The notes beneath the pieces were generated by a model. The model did no database searches and was not told the DNA's origin. It worked only from the letters and a program-made list of their open reading frames with translations. DNA of 64,000 nt from Bacteroidota bacterium. Lineage in GTDB: Bacteria > Bacteroidota > Rhodothermia > Rhodothermales > UBA10348. A program made the position numbers and the translations under genes. Position 1 is the stretch's first letter. Each line of letters starts with the position of its first letter. The DNA lies in assembly GCA_029262855.1 (NCBI GenBank), contig JAJCYP010000076.1:4784-68783 (forward strand), written 5' to 3'. Below, in pieces: positions 49,772 to 59,119 of this stretch.

Positions 49772-51985
49772 CTAGCGAATGAACGTGTAGGTGTACTTGA
49801 GCAGGAGCATCCTCCCTCCGGTCACCGGCAGGAACGGATTCTCCCGCTCCCGGTCCAGATTCAAACCGGCATTGTATACCAGCCAGAGGTCGTTTCCTTC
49901 TCGGAAGTTGTACCTGAAACGTGCGTTCGTGGACACCACATCGGCCGCCGAGTTTATCTGAACAAAGCCGTTGATCGAGACCCGGGTATTGAATCCTATC
50001 TGAACTCGAACGCGGGCCAGATGGACATCGAACGATTGATCGCGGTCCGCGAAATCCACTCGATTGTACTGATAGCTGGTCTCGAGCTCCAGGAACGGGG
50101 CCGGGCTGAAGGACGGCGAAATTTGTATCTCCGCCCGTGTCCCGTCATAGAAGGTCCCGTACGACACCCCAGATTGCCCCCTGATTATGCCGCCGGACGG
50201 CATCCTCAGCCTGGCCGAACCGGTCACGAACTCGTACTGCCCTGCCGGAACGGTGGTGTCCTCCGGAAACCCCACTTCGCTCGTGAGGTCGTCCAACTGG
50301 TATTCGGCCTCGAGTGTCAGGTTGTGGCCCGTCTTGAACTCCAACGTCAGGTTGGTGAGCCAGAAGGCCGACTCCAGGGAGTTGTCTTCCCTTCTGAAAT
50401 AGGCGCGCCACAGCGACATGGGAGCAACGCGTCGAAAGACGGACTTCTCGCCCGGAAACCAACCATATCCGACGCCAAGACGCGGTGACACATAATCGAC
50501 ACGAGTGCTGAAACCCACCCCCGGGTCGTAGGCATTGCCACTGTAGGTGGCCCCGCCGCGATAACTCAGCCCTGCCTGAGTGCGCCGCTCCCACCAGAGG
50601 CGTGCGAGCGCGGCATCGTCATAATCGGCATCGGAAACGTCGTCGAACGTCTGGGCAAACTGCAGTGTGACGTAGTCGTCGCCAAAAAGCCTGAACGTTC
50701 CATCAAGACCATAGGCCACGTTGTACGCGCCGTCCTCGGCGATTCTACTCGTGACAATGCCTCCTGCCGACGAGTAGTCATTGAGCACCCGACGCCGCAG
50801 CCGAAGCACGCCGAAGTTTTCGGTCGGAACCGTTTCGCGACCGTCATCGACATCAAACGTGGCGCGCGCCGTCTGCATCTCTATGAGACCGACATCCCAC
50901 TTCCCTATCCGGCCAACAACACGGCCCCCGCCCAGAATGGGGACCGGACCGTACTCGGACAGTCCGATCGTTCTGGAGTGAAACAGCCGATCGGTTCTTC
51001 CGGTCGAGAAATCGAAAATCCCTGCCCGCTCCTGGAAGAACTGCCGCTTCTCCGGGAAGAACAGCGAGAACCGGGTGAGATTCACTTGCTGATCATCGGC
51101 CTCCACCTGCGCAAAGTCGGTGTTGACCGTGAGGTCCAGCGTCAGGTTCGAGCCCAGCGTCTGTTTGAGATCTATGCCAACGTCCGACGTGTAGGTGCCG
51201 TCGATCTCGTACGCGGTTCCGGCCTGGTTGAGCGCGTTTACTCCAGTTGCCCCGGCGGCCGCATAGGGCGTGATGTAGAGCGGTTTCCTGCTCTTTACGC
51301 CTTCCAGTACGACGGTCTGGGCCTGGCTCGGCTTGGCGAAACCCATTCGGAATGCCGGGTCGATGGCGGGAAAAATGTGGCGTTCGTTCTTTCGGGAAAT
51401 GAAGCGGTAGGAGATCAGTCCCATCCGAACCAGGCCTGACTCATCAATGAAGCCAAGGCTCGTGTTGGGAATCCTCATTTCGGCATACCAGCCGTGCTCA
51501 TCCCGGCTCGTGCTTACGTCCCAGTAGGTATTCCAGCTGGAATTCACGCTCTCGAATCCCCCCTCGCCGTCGCCCGAAATAGCCATGTCAACCCGCACGC
51601 CGTTCGGGGTGGTGAAAAACCAGAGCGCGTTCTCGTTGTCGTTGAAGGTGTCGAGCACGAGACCAAACGTGTCATCGCCCGAGTACTTGTCGCGATACAG
51701 CGTATTCGCCCTGATCCCGGAGGCCTCCGAGTCCAGCATCCGGGCTCCGACATACAGGAATGAATCGTCGTAGCCGATCAGGATCTCCGTCTGCTCGGAC
51801 GGCGGCATGCCGAATTCGGGCTGGTACTGAATCATCGGCAGAGACCGGACCCCTCGCCACTCGTCCTCATCGATCTGCCCGTCCAGCCGGATCGGCACTT
51901 CCAGCCTGGTCAATCGCATTTCATCCTGTCCCGAAGCGGGCAGAGCGGCTAGCGAGACGAGAAGAAGAAAAAGGAAGGCGCGCAT
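49772..51985 (-). CDS. DUF5916 / CBM9-like outer membrane-associated protein
   Basis: Signal peptide MRAFLFLLLVSLAALPASGQ. The N-terminal domain (RLDGQIDEDEW) is CBM9-like. Large beta-rich C-terminal region. Confidence 0.6.
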   Translation of the reverse strand: MRAFLFLLLVSLAALPASGQDEMRLTRLEVPIRLDGQIDEDEWRGVRSLPMIQYQPEFGMPPSEQTEILIGYDDSFLYVGARMLDSEASGIRANTLYRDKYSGDDTFGLVLDTFNDNENALWFFTTPNGVRVDMAISGDGEGGFESVNSSWNTYWDVSTSRDEHGWYAEMRIPNTSLGFIDESGLVRMGLISYRFISRKNERHIFPAIDPAFRMGFAKPSQAQTVVLEGVKSRKPLYITPYAAAGATGVNALNQAGTAYEIDGTYTSDVGIDLKQTLGSNLTLDLTVNTDFAQVEADDQQVNLTRFSLFFPEKRQFFQERAGIFDFSTGRTDRLFHSRTIGLSEYGPVPILGGGRVVGRIGKWDVGLIEMQTARATFDVDDGRETVPTENFGVLRLRRRVLNDYSSAGGIVTSRIAEDGAYNVAYGLDGTFRLFGDDYVTLQFAQTFDDVSDADYDDAALARLWWERRTQAGLSYRGGATYSGNAYDPGVGFSTRVDYVSPRLGVGYGWFPGEKSVFRRVAPMSLWRAYFRREDNSLESAFWLTNLTLEFKTGHNLTLEAEYQLDDLTSEVGFPEDTTVPAGQYEFVTGSARLRMPSGGIIRGQSGVSYGTFYDGTRAEIQISPSFSPAPFLELETSYQYNRVDFADRDQSFDVHLARVRVQIGFNTRVSINGFVQINSAADVVSTNARFRYNFREGNDLWLVYNAGLNLDRERENPFLPVTGGRMLLLKYTYTFIR

Positions 51986-52066
51986 GCTGTCGTGATCTGG
52001 TTGCCGGCTGAACGTAGGGGTCTGGACAGTTGAAACCTGGACGAATGCGCTTTCGGGGTGTGATTC

Positions 52067-52918
52067 TCAGAGACCAAAGAAATCGAACAGGAACGTTCGA
52101 TTGTCCGGTGACTCGGTGTACCAAGCATGAACCCCATCGGTCATCTGATAGAGATGCACGCGTGTGCCCGAGTCGCACTGATTCCATTCGATGGCCGCGA
52201 GCGTCGCTTTGCCGGACCGGTAGGTAGTCTGCACCGCGGGTTCGCAGGAACGCTTGTCGGCCCAGAATTCGGCGGTGTCTTCGGCCGACAGCAGGCTGAA
52301 CGCCCCGTTGTTCGTCCCGGCCCACGGAAGAATGGCGTCCCGCCTGCCGTGCAGCGTCAATACGGAGACCGGGTTGGCGGCCCCGCACATCTGCGAAAGA
52401 GGTACCGACATGGGCGCCGAGACAGCCGCAACCCGGCTGATCCGATCACCCATGGCGCAGGCAAGCCGATACGCGAATAGTCCGCCCTGCGAGTAACCGA
52501 GTGCAAAGGTGCGTTCCGGTGACACGCTATAGCGGGCGGACACCGAGTCGATGAGCGCCTCTACGAATCCGAGGTCATTGATCTGGAGGCGGTCGGCGAT
52601 GTTGCAGTTGCATCCCTCGGCCCAATTGCCCTTTGCCGCCGTCGGATAGGCGATGATCAGGTCATCCGTAGCCCGTTCGTCGAGCCCCGCACCTGCCTGA
52701 AAGCTCCGCCCGGAATCGCCCGAACCGTGGAGCGCGATGAGCAAATGGACCGCATCGCCTTCCGCAATGCCGTCCGGGATGTAGAGGCGGACATCCCTGA
52801 GTGTGTCATCTACCGCGATGAAGATGTCCTCGGTTGAGCCTGCGTCACCTGAAACGAGATCACAGGCCGCTGTGGCGAGCATGCAGGTCAACAAGAGTGG
52901 GATGGATAGCACCTTCAT
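52067..52918 (-). CDS. PHB-depolymerase-family esterase (alpha/beta hydrolase) lipoprotein
   Basis: Lipobox LATAAC. Nucleophile elbow GYSQGG. HG oxyanion hole LIALHGSG. Confidence 0.7.
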   Translation of the reverse strand: MKVLSIPLLLTCMLATAACDLVSGDAGSTEDIFIAVDDTLRDVRLYIPDGIAEGDAVHLLIALHGSGDSGRSFQAGAGLDERATDDLIIAYPTAAKGNWAEGCNCNIADRLQINDLGFVEALIDSVSARYSVSPERTFALGYSQGGLFAYRLACAMGDRISRVAAVSAPMSVPLSQMCGAANPVSVLTLHGRRDAILPWAGTNNGAFSLLSAEDTAEFWADKRSCEPAVQTTYRSGKATLAAIEWNQCDSGTRVHLYQMTDGVHAWYTESPDNRTFLFDFFGL

Positions 52919-53002
52919 GGGCGCAAGTTATGGGGCGTGGGCGTGATCGAGACGCCGCCCGGAGAGCCTCCCGGACCGTTCGCCAAATCAGCAGGCCGGC
53001 AC

Positions 53003-53494
53003 TTACGCAGCCTCTTTGGTTCGACCTCCGTCCAGCTTACGCACAGGTCTGGGTACAAACTCTGCCGGAATGCGAGGGCGTTCGCACAGCTTGCCTTCCT
53101 TGTCGACTGCCGCCCAGATGGTGGGAAGCGCGTAGATGTAGCGCCCAATGCCCCACTGGACCGCGGCTCTTCGCATGGCCGCACTCAGCCCTCCTTTCAC
53201 AGGCTGAATGTCCGTGTTCTCGGCTCCGTCCCACTTGGTTATCCATTCCGCGGGCGCTCCGTCCCGCAGAACGCGAACCGACAGGCCACACACCACGCCG
53301 CCGGCGGGTCCGGGCGCGTACTCATTTCGCCAGTTTTCTGGTCCGCATACCTGATCCAGTCGGTCCATGATAGCTCGATTGGACAGGAACGGAGCCGCCC
53401 TGGCCTTGCTCCGATCGGCGGAGAGCCCGATCGGCTTCCATTTCAGGTCGGCTTCTTCGAAGAAATCGGCGAGTCGGCGCAAATCGTAGGACAT
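53003..53494 (-). CDS. Rad52/Rad22-family single-strand annealing protein (phage Sak-like)
   Basis: Conserved stretch AIMDRLDQVCGPENW...AMRRAAVQWGIGRYIY characteristic of bacterial Rad52-family proteins. Confidence 0.55.
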   Translation of the reverse strand: MSYDLRRLADFFEEADLKWKPIGLSADRSKARAAPFLSNRAIMDRLDQVCGPENWRNEYAPGPAGGVVCGLSVRVLRDGAPAEWITKWDGAENTDIQPVKGGLSAAMRRAAVQWGIGRYIYALPTIWAAVDKEGKLCERPRIPAEFVPRPVRKLDGGRTKEAA

Positions 53495-53535
53495 GGTCTT
53501 CTCTGTTGCTGGGTTTCCCCAAGGATACAGAGGGG

Positions 53536-53557
53536 GTGTGACAGCAAATTGTCACAC
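53536..53557. promoter_or_regulatory. perfect inverted repeat GTGTGACA-N6-TGTCACAC upstream of the Rad52-like gene
   Basis: Read directly, 42 nt upstream of the ATG at 53494. Confidence 0.45.
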
Positions 53558-53658
53558 GCGGTACCACCGATGCCGAAACGCGTGAAGTAACGACGCGAAT
53601 TGCCTGATGACGTAACTGCGGATATAATGGGACGTAAAGTTGGGTAACCTCCTCTGTT

Positions 53659-54279
53659 ATGGACTCCGTCTATTTCATCAGCCTGATCGTAGGTGGATTC
53701 TTCGTCCTCCTGTCAATCTTCGGCGGCGCAGATCACGAAGGTGACTTTGACGCGGATGTGGATGTGGATGTGGACGTCGATTTCGATGCAGACCACGATT
53801 TTTCCGTCGAAGGCGATCTGGGTGTGGGCGCCCATGCCGGATTCGATTCGGACGTAGGGGCGGGCGTCGGGTTTGTGGACCTGCTTTCGGTCCGCGCCCT
53901 GTTTCTTTTCGCCGCGTTCTTCGGACTGACAGGCACACTCCTTGAACTGAACGGCACCGCCGAGCCCTTTGTCGCGATTCAAGCCGTGCTGATGGGGCTG
54001 TTTGCCGGGCTCGGGGGTAACTATGTGATCAAGCGGTTTGCCTACAAGGAGGTCTCCTCCTCGATCGGTGAGCGGGATTACAAGGGTCGGACCGCCAAGG
54101 TTGTGCTCCCGTTTGAAGGAGACGACCGCGGCACCATTACCCTGAATGTCAAAGGACAGCGGCTGCAGCTGACGGCCCGGTCGCTGGATCTGGAAAGCCT
54201 GGAAGCCTTCGCCCCAGGAGACGAAGTCGTCGTTATCCGCATGGACGGACGCGTCGCAGAAGTGGTCAAGCCCAATTAG
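53659..54279 (+). CDS. YqiJ/NfeD-like membrane protein with an acidic (D-V/D-F)n repeat and a C-terminal OB-fold
   Basis: TM, then DFDADVDVDVDVDFDADHDF (encoded by a GATGTG-type tandem repeat), a second TM, and an NfeD-like C-terminal beta domain. TATAAT lies about 36 nt upstream. Confidence 0.55.
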   Translation: MDSVYFISLIVGGFFVLLSIFGGADHEGDFDADVDVDVDVDFDADHDFSVEGDLGVGAHAGFDSDVGAGVGFVDLLSVRALFLFAAFFGLTGTLLELNGTAEPFVAIQAVLMGLFAGLGGNYVIKRFAYKEVSSSIGERDYKGRTAKVVLPFEGDDRGTITLNVKGQRLQLTARSLDLESLEAFAPGDEVVVIRMDGRVAEVVKPN

Positions 54280-54344
54280 TAGTCTGGCATCGTGCCGGAA
54301 TCCTTCCACGTCAGGTGATTTCTGCGCCCCTCCCGTTCACCGAT

Positions 54345-54986
54345 TCAATGTCCGGCGTGCGGATTGACACGCTTGGCCAAGACGCCATTGTTCCAATGCG
54401 TCTCCATGGACATAGAACCTTCCGCGCCGTACTGCAACCACGTTCCGGTCCGTTTGCCCTCATCAAAGTGGGTCTCCCACTTGACCGACCCGTCCGGATA
54501 GTACCACGTGGTCGGACCGTGTCGGGTGCCTTGTTTGTAGGAAGTCACGAGATGCACGTTGCCGTGGTGGTCGTAGACTTTCTCCTCCCCGTGTAGCTGA
54601 TTTGCCTTCCACGGTCGCTCCGCACGCAGGGTACCCTTGGCATCCCACATTCGAGCTGGCCCCTCCCGTATGCCTTCGGCGTAGAACGTCTCACTCTCTT
54701 TGCGGCCGTTCACGTGCCAGCCTACCATGTGCAGCGGTGCGCCATCGACGTACAATACTTCCCGCTGTTTGGCGCCGGACGCGGAGTAGAACGCCCATTT
54801 TCCTGAGCGCCTTCCGTCCTCCAGTTCACCCTCCAGGCCATCTCCGACGACGAGGCCGGAGTAGGGTTGCTGTGCCGATGCGGCGTAATACACGCCGTCG
54901 CGTTGCTCCAGATCATCCAGACTGACCTGCGCCAGCGCCGGGGTGGCACAGATGAGTGCCACCCACACCAAGCTTGCGTACTTCAT
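54345..54986 (-). CDS. MORN-repeat (YwqK-like) exported protein
   Basis: Signal peptide MKYASLVWVALICATPALAQ. Repeated G..W..Y..G motifs. Confidence 0.6.
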   Translation of the reverse strand: MKYASLVWVALICATPALAQVSLDDLEQRDGVYYAASAQQPYSGLVVGDGLEGELEDGRRSGKWAFYSASGAKQREVLYVDGAPLHMVGWHVNGRKESETFYAEGIREGPARMWDAKGTLRAERPWKANQLHGEEKVYDHHGNVHLVTSYKQGTRHGPTTWYYPDGSVKWETHFDEGKRTGTWLQYGAEGSMSMETHWNNGVLAKRVNPHAGH

Positions 54987-55546
54987 GATCGGTCGGTCTT
55001 GGTTTCTGAACTCGCGCGCTCGATAAGACTGGCCCACTGCGCCAACTCCATGGGATCCCAAACCGGAGACATGGACTCCTTGGCCACGGCTGGGTCCACG
55101 CCCTCGACCATGGTCCGGTACAGGTAGGTGAAGGCGGAAGCGCGCATGTTTGCGAAGCAGTGGACAAACACCTTTCGGTCCTTGTTCATCTCCATGACCT
55201 CGTAGAACATCTTGAGATCCCGCATCGAAGGCTCAGACCAGGAAACAGGAATGTGCACGTACGTCAGGCCGGCCTGCGTAACCAGAAAACCCTCCAATGA
55301 ATTGGCGGTCTCCGAAGCGGTGGCCAGATTCACGACGACGTCGTACCCCGCCGTGGCAAGCGATTCGATCTGGTCGTACGAAATCTGACCCGCGGTAGCG
55401 AGTTGATTCGAGATCTTGACGTAGTTGTGGATGGTTGCCAGGTCTTCGTCGGCCGCCTGACCTCGGACGGGCGCCACCAGAATGGCCGCAAACAGGGATA
55501 GCGTTAGGATGCGTGACATGGATTTAATCAGGTGTTGGAAGTCCAT
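54983..55546 (-). CDS. DUF442/TIGR01244-type CX5R phosphatase-fold protein (exported)
   Basis: VHCFANMRAS matches the HCX5R(S/T) PTP-loop signature. Signal-like N-terminus. Confidence 0.55.
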   Translation of the reverse strand: MDFQHLIKSMSRILTLSLFAAILVAPVRGQAADEDLATIHNYVKISNQLATAGQISYDQIESLATAGYDVVVNLATASETANSLEGFLVTQAGLTYVHIPVSWSEPSMRDLKMFYEVMEMNKDRKVFVHCFANMRASAFTYLYRTMVEGVDPAVAKESMSPVWDPMELAQWASLIERASSETKTDRS

Positions 55547-56777
55547 CCGCCAGAATCGACTTCATCACGGTGACGAAGCGATCCAGCTCAGGAAGGGTGG
55601 TATAAATACCGGGCGATACGCGAATGCCAGACACGTTGACCTGGCGAATCGGTCTGACCCGTATGCGATAGCGATCCCAAAGGTGGTTTCTCAGGGCCAG
55701 GGGATCCATTTCTGCGACCTCAACAGTGGCCAGCGCGCCCGCACTACCGGTCTCAGTCAAGAGGAGCACCCTGGCCTCCCCGGACAGCCCGTCCAGCCAG
55801 TAGTCTCTCAGATAGCACAGCCTGTCGAACTTCTCCTGGCTCCCGATGCCCTCATGAAACCTGAGGGCCTCGGCCAGAGCCAGGAACGGCGCAGACGCCC
55901 TCGTGCCGGCGTCCTCAAACTTTCGAATGTCGCTCTCCATTCCCGCGCGGGCCGGCATCAGGGGCCAGACTTTAGGGATGTGCTCGCGTTTCACGTAGAG
56001 AAGGCCGGTCCCTTCCGGGCCCATGATCCACTTGTGCAAACTCGTTGCGTAGAAGTCACACTTCAGATCCCCGACGCTGAAGGGCAAGTGACCGAACGTC
56101 TGCGCCCCGTCCACCAGGACCGGGACTCCATGAGTGTGGGCTATCCGCACGATTTCGCGAATCGGAAGGACCTGACCGGTCAGATCGACCATGTGACAGC
56201 ACATCACCAGCCGCGTGCGGGGCGTTATCGCCTGTTCGATAGACCGAACCAAATCCTCGGGATCCATCAGCGGGACGCCCACTGGTACCGAGCGAATGAC
56301 GATCCCGTCACGGGCGCTGCGTTGTGTCCAGGTCTGCATCATCCGGGGATAGTCATGATCGGTTGTTACGATCTCGTCGCCGGCCTCCATGGGAATCCCG
56401 AGTTGGCAGATTTCCATGCCCTCGGACGTATTTCGAGTCAGGGCCAGTTCCTCCGACTCACACCCGAGCAGATTGGCCAGACCGCTTCGCACCGACTCGA
56501 TTTGCGCTGCCACCTCCCCTTGATGCGCATAGAACGGGCGTCGATTCGACGCCGCCTGATGGGCGCTCAGCGCGTCCATGACACTCTTGGGCGCTGGGCA
56601 AACTCCGCCATTGTTCAAGTGGGTCAAGCTTCGGTCCACCGCGAACGCCTGCTGGACCGCGTACCACTCGTCAGTCTGATGGGCCAGCAGGGGCGCGGCC
56701 ATCGCGAGTCGCGCGGCCGGCAACGTGGCCAGCGAAGCGCCACCGGCGGTTCTGAGAAATCGTCTTCGCGTGATCAT
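55524..56777 (-). CDS. class V aminotransferase-fold PLP enzyme with twin-arginine signal peptide
   Basis: MITRRRFLRTAGGASLATLPAARLAMA TAT leader. PLP-lysine context SLHKW. Cysteine desulfurase / isopenicillin-N epimerase-like fold. Confidence 0.7.
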   Translation of the reverse strand: MITRRRFLRTAGGASLATLPAARLAMAAPLLAHQTDEWYAVQQAFAVDRSLTHLNNGGVCPAPKSVMDALSAHQAASNRRPFYAHQGEVAAQIESVRSGLANLLGCESEELALTRNTSEGMEICQLGIPMEAGDEIVTTDHDYPRMMQTWTQRSARDGIVIRSVPVGVPLMDPEDLVRSIEQAITPRTRLVMCCHMVDLTGQVLPIREIVRIAHTHGVPVLVDGAQTFGHLPFSVGDLKCDFYATSLHKWIMGPEGTGLLYVKREHIPKVWPLMPARAGMESDIRKFEDAGTRASAPFLALAEALRFHEGIGSQEKFDRLCYLRDYWLDGLSGEARVLLLTETGSAGALATVEVAEMDPLALRNHLWDRYRIRVRPIRQVNVSGIRVSPGIYTTLPELDRFVTVMKSILADGLPTPD

Positions 56778-56841
56778 GAGTCCCTCCTCGTTGAGAGAGC
56801 CTACGGGACCTGCTGGCGAGCGGCCATCCCGTTGGGACGGA

Positions 56842-57981
56842 CTACTCGGAGCGGGGACGAGTGGGCTCTATCAGGGGCGAAGTGCGGAGCGGCAAGTCCA
56901 GATGCACGGCGAGTCCCCCGGAATCGGACGATCGAAGGTCGAGCCGATAGTCGGTCCCATAGAGCCGGTCGAGCCGATCAACCAGGTTGGACAGGCCGAC
57001 GCCGGCGGTAAGTGGATCCGAATCGTTCGACAAGCCGGGTCCGTCATCGGAAACCTCGAGGCGCAGCCTGTCCACAGCGCGCGCGCGAATCCCGATGCGA
57101 CCCTTGCTGCCCTGCGGCACGACGGCGTGCTTGATGGAATTCTCGACCAGGGGCTGGAAAACGAAGGTTGGGACCAGGAGCTCTCCGAGTTCGGGTGGCA
57201 CATCGATGGAGAGTTCGAGCGCCTCGTCGAATCGCATGCGCTCGATCTCCAGGTACTCGGCCAGGAATTCCATTTCCTCGCGCAGGGTCACCTCGTGATC
57301 GTTGCTCTTGTCGAGCGCCCGTCTGAGCAGCCTGCTCAGACGATTGATCATGTCGTCGGCCTTTTTGGGCTCTCGGTACATGAGCGCTGAAATTCCGTTC
57401 AGCGTGTTGAACAGGAAGTGGGGATGCAACTGCATGCGCAGGACATCGAGTCGGGCCGTCGCCAACTCGGTCTCAAGCCGGGCGGCACCGAGCGCCTTCT
57501 CGTGGTCACGGAGGTAGGCCTTGACCGCGTGAGCCGCCCCGACAATCGCCCAGTAGATGAAAAAATTCAGGTACAGACTGCTCAGGACATGGAATTCCAG
57601 GGCGTCGTAGAAACCATTGTGGGGACTGTTGTATCCGGGGAGAAACATGATTCCCACCTGATAGAGATCATGAATGGCCATCACCAGGAACGCCCCAAGC
57701 ACGTACCCGAGCGTCCTGACCGCGCGATGCTGGGCCACGATCGGCTTTTGCCAGGCAAACTCGAACACCACGGGCGTCAGAAGCACCCAACCAGACCACC
57801 ATAAAGCGGGCCATTCCATGACGGCCCAGAAATTTGCCTCCTCGTTGAGCCGCATGGAATAGCGCGCGTAATTCTGGGTAGCCGTACCCAGCACGATGAG
57901 CAGACAGAGGCCAGCCGCCGTCCCCGTGACAATCAGCAGGCGTCTCCGGGTTTCCCGATCCAGTTCGAACGCTCCTTCCAT
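56842..57981 (-). CDS. LytS/YehU-family sensor histidine kinase (5TM + His_kinase + HATPase)
   Basis: LHPHFLFNTLNGISALM H-box of the LytS family. Start set at the ATG at 57981 (MEGAFELDRE), which is the first ATG downstream of the regulator gene stop at 58056 (no overlap). Confidence 0.7.
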   Translation of the reverse strand: MEGAFELDRETRRRLLIVTGTAAGLCLLIVLGTATQNYARYSMRLNEEANFWAVMEWPALWWSGWVLLTPVVFEFAWQKPIVAQHRAVRTLGYVLGAFLVMAIHDLYQVGIMFLPGYNSPHNGFYDALEFHVLSSLYLNFFIYWAIVGAAHAVKAYLRDHEKALGAARLETELATARLDVLRMQLHPHFLFNTLNGISALMYREPKKADDMINRLSRLLRRALDKSNDHEVTLREEMEFLAEYLEIERMRFDEALELSIDVPPELGELLVPTFVFQPLVENSIKHAVVPQGSKGRIGIRARAVDRLRLEVSDDGPGLSNDSDPLTAGVGLSNLVDRLDRLYGTDYRLDLRSSDSGGLAVHLDLPLRTSPLIEPTRPRSE

Positions 57982-58055
57982 GATTGGCAGTATACCGCGC
58001 GCTCCCTGCGGCCGGGGGGATTGTGTGACGGATGGCAAATGGGTGGGACGAGTGT

Positions 58056-58808
58056 CTACTCCTCGAATCGTTTCAATGCGCTCCGGTACCCGCGGCTGAG
58101 CCTGAGCTCCGTGCCGTCCAGCAGACGAACCTGGTAGTCTCCCTTGAAGGTGGCTCTTAGATCTCTGATCCGCTCGATGTTGACGATGGTTGATCGATGG
58201 ATCCGCAGGAACTGCTCCGGATTCAGTCTCTCCTCGAGCCCGGACATCGTCTGCCGGGTGAGGTGCTCCTTCTTGCCCGCGTGCAGCGTCAGGTAGTTGC
58301 CGGAGGCCTCGATCCAGTCGATGTCCTCCACCCGCACGAACTCCATGCTCTGGTGCCCCTTGACCATCAGTCTTGAGGGGTACTCCTTGGCGGCAGTCAT
58401 TTGTGCCAGGGCAGCTTCCATTCGGCGAGTCAGGTCTCCACGGTCCCCAGCCAGCGCAATCACCCGATCCAAACACCGATTGAACCGCTGCTCATCGAAC
58501 GGCTTCAGCAGGTAATCCAGCGCGTTTACCTCGAAGGCACGCAGCGCGTACTCATCGTACGCCGTGACGAAGACTACCGGAGGCATCGCCTCCGCCCCAA
58601 TCGCCTCGACCACCTGAAAGCCGGTCTTGAAGGGCATCTGGATATCCAGAAATACAAGGTCGAACGTCTGCGCCGAGAGCAGCCGCACGGCCTCGCCTCC
58701 ATCGGACGCCTCCGCCTTCAGGGTGACATCCGTCCGGCCCTCAAGCGCATTGCGGAGACGCTCGCGGCCCAGGGGTTCGTCATCGGCGATCAGTACGTTG
58801 AGGCCCAT
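58056..58808 (-). CDS. LytR/AlgR-family response regulator (REC + LytTR DNA-binding domain)
   Basis: MGLNVLIADDEP...DIQMP receiver domain. C-terminal LytTR (IEASGNYLTLH...RIHRSTIVN). Confidence 0.8.
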   Translation of the reverse strand: MGLNVLIADDEPLGRERLRNALEGRTDVTLKAEASDGGEAVRLLSAQTFDLVFLDIQMPFKTGFQVVEAIGAEAMPPVVFVTAYDEYALRAFEVNALDYLLKPFDEQRFNRCLDRVIALAGDRGDLTRRMEAALAQMTAAKEYPSRLMVKGHQSMEFVRVEDIDWIEASGNYLTLHAGKKEHLTRQTMSGLEERLNPEQFLRIHRSTIVNIERIRDLRATFKGDYQVRLLDGTELRLSRGYRSALKRFEE

Positions 58809-59119
58809 GTGGAATTCGCGACAGGCTGTGTAAGAATCAGAGTGGCAAGGTGCACCTTTTTCGGGAGAATCCCGTCTTCGTTGCGAGACCATACCTCAGG
58901 CCTCCTATGCGCCTGGCTTCCCCACTGAACTTCGGCCTAGTGGTCTCGTTCACCTGACCCCCGGAAGACCATGCGAGCCCTCCCTGCTCTTCTTCTCCTC
59001 GTTATCCCTCAAAGCAGCGGGCGCTCCGTGGAGGCCTGGCCGCTCCCTCAAGTAGGTGAACTCCATGATGTCCTAGATTAAATTAACAGCGGCCCGGTCG
59101 CACAGCAGTAGACACAGCC

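Noticed and set aside
53536-53557. Reading the palindrome as a CRP/FNR-type site (TGTGA-N6-TCACA)
   Set aside because: With TGTGA/TCACA the spacing becomes N10, not N6. The symmetric element is really GTGTGACA-N6-TGTCACAC.
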